A DNA stretch of 64,000 nt from Ranitomeya imitator (lineage: Eukaryota): positions 135,718,001 to 135,782,000 of the forward strand of contig NC_091290.1 of the NCBI RefSeq assembly GCF_032444005.1, given 5' to 3'. The notes below the pieces were generated by a model. The model had not been told where the DNA came from. It did no database searches and saw only the letters and a program-made list of their open reading frames with translations. Shown here piece by piece: positions 61,850-64,000 of the stretch. Within the stretch, counting starts at the first letter, position 1. The number at the start of each line of letters is the position of its first letter. The position numbers were made by a program, and so were the translations under genes.

Positions 61850-63200
61850 AATGTCTGTGTGTTCCACTAACTCCACCCTAGAATGTCTGTGTGTTCCACT
61901 AGCTCCTCCCTATAATGTCTGTGTGTTCCACTAGCTCCTCCCTAGAATGTCTGTGTGCTTCTCTAGCTCCTCCCTAGAATGTCTGTGTGTTCCTCTAGCT
62001 CCTCCCTAGAATGTCTGTGTGTTCCACTAGCTCCTCCCTAGAATGTCTGTGTGTTCCTCTAGCTCCTCCCTAGAATGTCTGTGTGCTCCACCAGCTCCTC
62101 CCTAGAATGTCTGTGTGTTCCACTAGCTCCTCCCTAGAATGTCTGTGTGTTCCACTAGCTCCTCCCTAGAATGTCTATGTGTTCCACCAGCTCCTCCCTA
62201 GAATGTCTGTGTGTTCCACTAACTCCACCCTAGAATGTCTGTGTGTTCCACTAGCTCCTCCCTAGAATGTCTGTGTGCTTCTCTAGCTCCTCCCTAGAAT
62301 GTCTGTGTGTTCCATTAGCTCCTCCCTAGAATGTCTGTGCGTTTCACCAGCTCCTCCCTAGAATGTCTGTGTGTTCCACTAGCTCCACCCTAGAATGTCT
62401 GTGTGTTCCACTAGCTCCTCCCTCTAATGTCTGTGTGCTCCTCTAGCTCCTCCCTAGAATGTTTGTGTTCCACTAGCTCCTCCCTAGAATGTCTGTGTGT
62501 TCCACCAGCTCCTCCCTAGAATGTCTGTGTGTTCCACTAGCTCCTCCCCAGAATGTCTGTGTTCCACTAGCTCCACCCTAGAATGTCTGTGTGTTCCACT
62601 AGCTCCTCCCTCTAATGTCTGTGTGCTCCTCTAGCTCCTCCCTAGAATGTCTGTGTGTTCCACTAGCTCCTCCCTCTAATGTCTGTGTGCTCCTCTAGCT
62701 CCTCCCTAGAATGTTTGTGTTCCACTAGCTCCTCCCTAGAATGTCTGTGTGTTCCACCAGCTCCTCCCTAGAATGTCTGTGTGTTCCACTAGCTCCTCCC
62801 CAGAATGTCTGTGTTCCACTATCTCCTCCCTAGAATGTGTGTTCCACTAGCTCCTCCCTAGAACGTCTGTGTTCCACTAGCTCCTCCCTAGAATGTCTGT
62901 GTGTTCCACTAGCTCCTCCCTAGAATGTCTGTGTTCCACTAGCTCCTCCCCAAAATGTCTGTGTTCCACTATTTCCTCCCTAGAATGTCTGTGTTCCACT
63001 AGCTCCTCCTTAGAATATCTGTGTTCCACTAGCTCCTCCCTAGATTGTCTGTGTTCCACTAGCTCCTTCCTAGAATGTCTGTGTGTTCCACTAGCTCCTC
63101 CCTAAAATGTCTGTGTGTTCCACTAGCTCCTCCCTAGAATGTCTGTGTGTTCCACCAGCTCCTCCCTAGAATGTCTGTCTGTTCCACTAGCTCCACCCCT
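61850..63200. repeat. 29/31-bp minisatellite (CTAGAATGTCTGTGTGTTCCACTAGCTCCTCC)
   Basis: Read directly. Confidence 0.95.
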
Positions 63201-63290
63201 CTCCATAGAATTATAACAGCACCAATTGTCATCTTGTATCTCAGTAATAGAAAAATCTGTCTTCGCGGAATAAACATTTTACCCATGGAT

Positions 63291-64000
63291 TGTGTTAGGG
63301 TTGGCGGATCGCACTAAATATAAATTAAGATGAAGTGCGATCGCAACCCAGGGTCCACCGTACAGAGATGGAAAACTGCAGCTAACGTGAACAATGGTGG
63401 AACACACAGCGAGCAATAGCTAGCTCGCACTGAGTTACATGTCACTCATTGTATAGCAGACGAGGCTGTGTCACTCGCACCCAGCAATGGAAAAGAAGCT
63501 CTGCAGTAGAGTTGTGTCACTCGCACACAGCAACGGAAAAGATGCTCTGCAGTAGAGCTGTGTCACTTTCACATAGTAACAGAAAAGATGCTCTGCAGTA
63601 GAGCTGTGTCACTTTCACATAGTAACAGAAAAGATGTTCTGCAGTAGAGCTGTGTCACTTTCACATAGTAACAGAAAAGATGTTCTGCAGTAGAGCTGTG
63701 TCCCTCACACACAGCAACGGAAAAGATGCTCTGCAGTAGAGCGGTGTCACTTTCACATAGTAACAGAAAAGATGCTCTGCAGTAGAGCTGTGTCAATCGC
63801 ACACAGTAACGGAAAAGATGCTCTGCAGTAGAGCTGTATCACTTCCACACAGTAACAGAAAAGATGCTCTGCAGTAGAGCTGTGTCACTCGCACACACTA
63901 ACAGAGCTGGTATGGCGCTAAACACGGACCCTGTTAACTTTACAGAAGAACTCAACCCAGACTGGGGCATAGGAACAGGTAGTGGACACAATCACAGCAT
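63291..64000. mobile_element. Probable LTR (open at the window end) containing a 46-bp tandem repeat at about 63490-63900
   Basis: TG start followed by a 46-bp period (GCAGTAGAGCTGTGTCAC...AGATGCTCT). The LTR call rests on resemblance only. Confidence 0.45.

Overview
Vertebrate genomic DNA, almost certainly anuran (frog) judging by its repeat families; the species cannot be fixed from the sequence. Most of the supplied ORF track is spurious (minisatellite translations and transposon debris). The real genes are spliced and were read by hand. They form a tandem, same-strand (+) cluster of three IST1 (ESCRT-III) paralogs. Paralog A is partial (coding exon 3 onward, 4784 to about 16042) and divergent. 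Paralog B is a complete 9-exon, 270-aa model (22020-32954), very divergent, with no recognisable C-terminal MIT-interacting motifs. Paralog C shows only its first coding exon (59581-59668), near-canonical. The first four coding exons of B have the human IST1 sizes and phases as I recall them (88/181/88/84 nt). The most striking non-coding feature is at 48114-50046: a very young array of 384-bp monomers. Each monomer carries a complete type I hammerhead ribozyme and an snRNA-type enhancer cluster (SPH/Staf motif, GC box, octamer). The array is 3.5 copies plus an inverted 1.5 copies, all inside one 13-bp target-site duplication, i.e. a retrozyme / newt satellite-2-like self-cleaving RNA element. 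Also present: a 449-bp inverted duplication inside IST1-A; a full-length L1 with a 17-bp TSD, disabled by one nonsense codon and a hammerhead-bearing 796-bp insertion; Tc1, Helitron, Gypsy, L2, hAT, Harbinger, Kolobok-type and piggyBac-type elements; and several large minisatellites.
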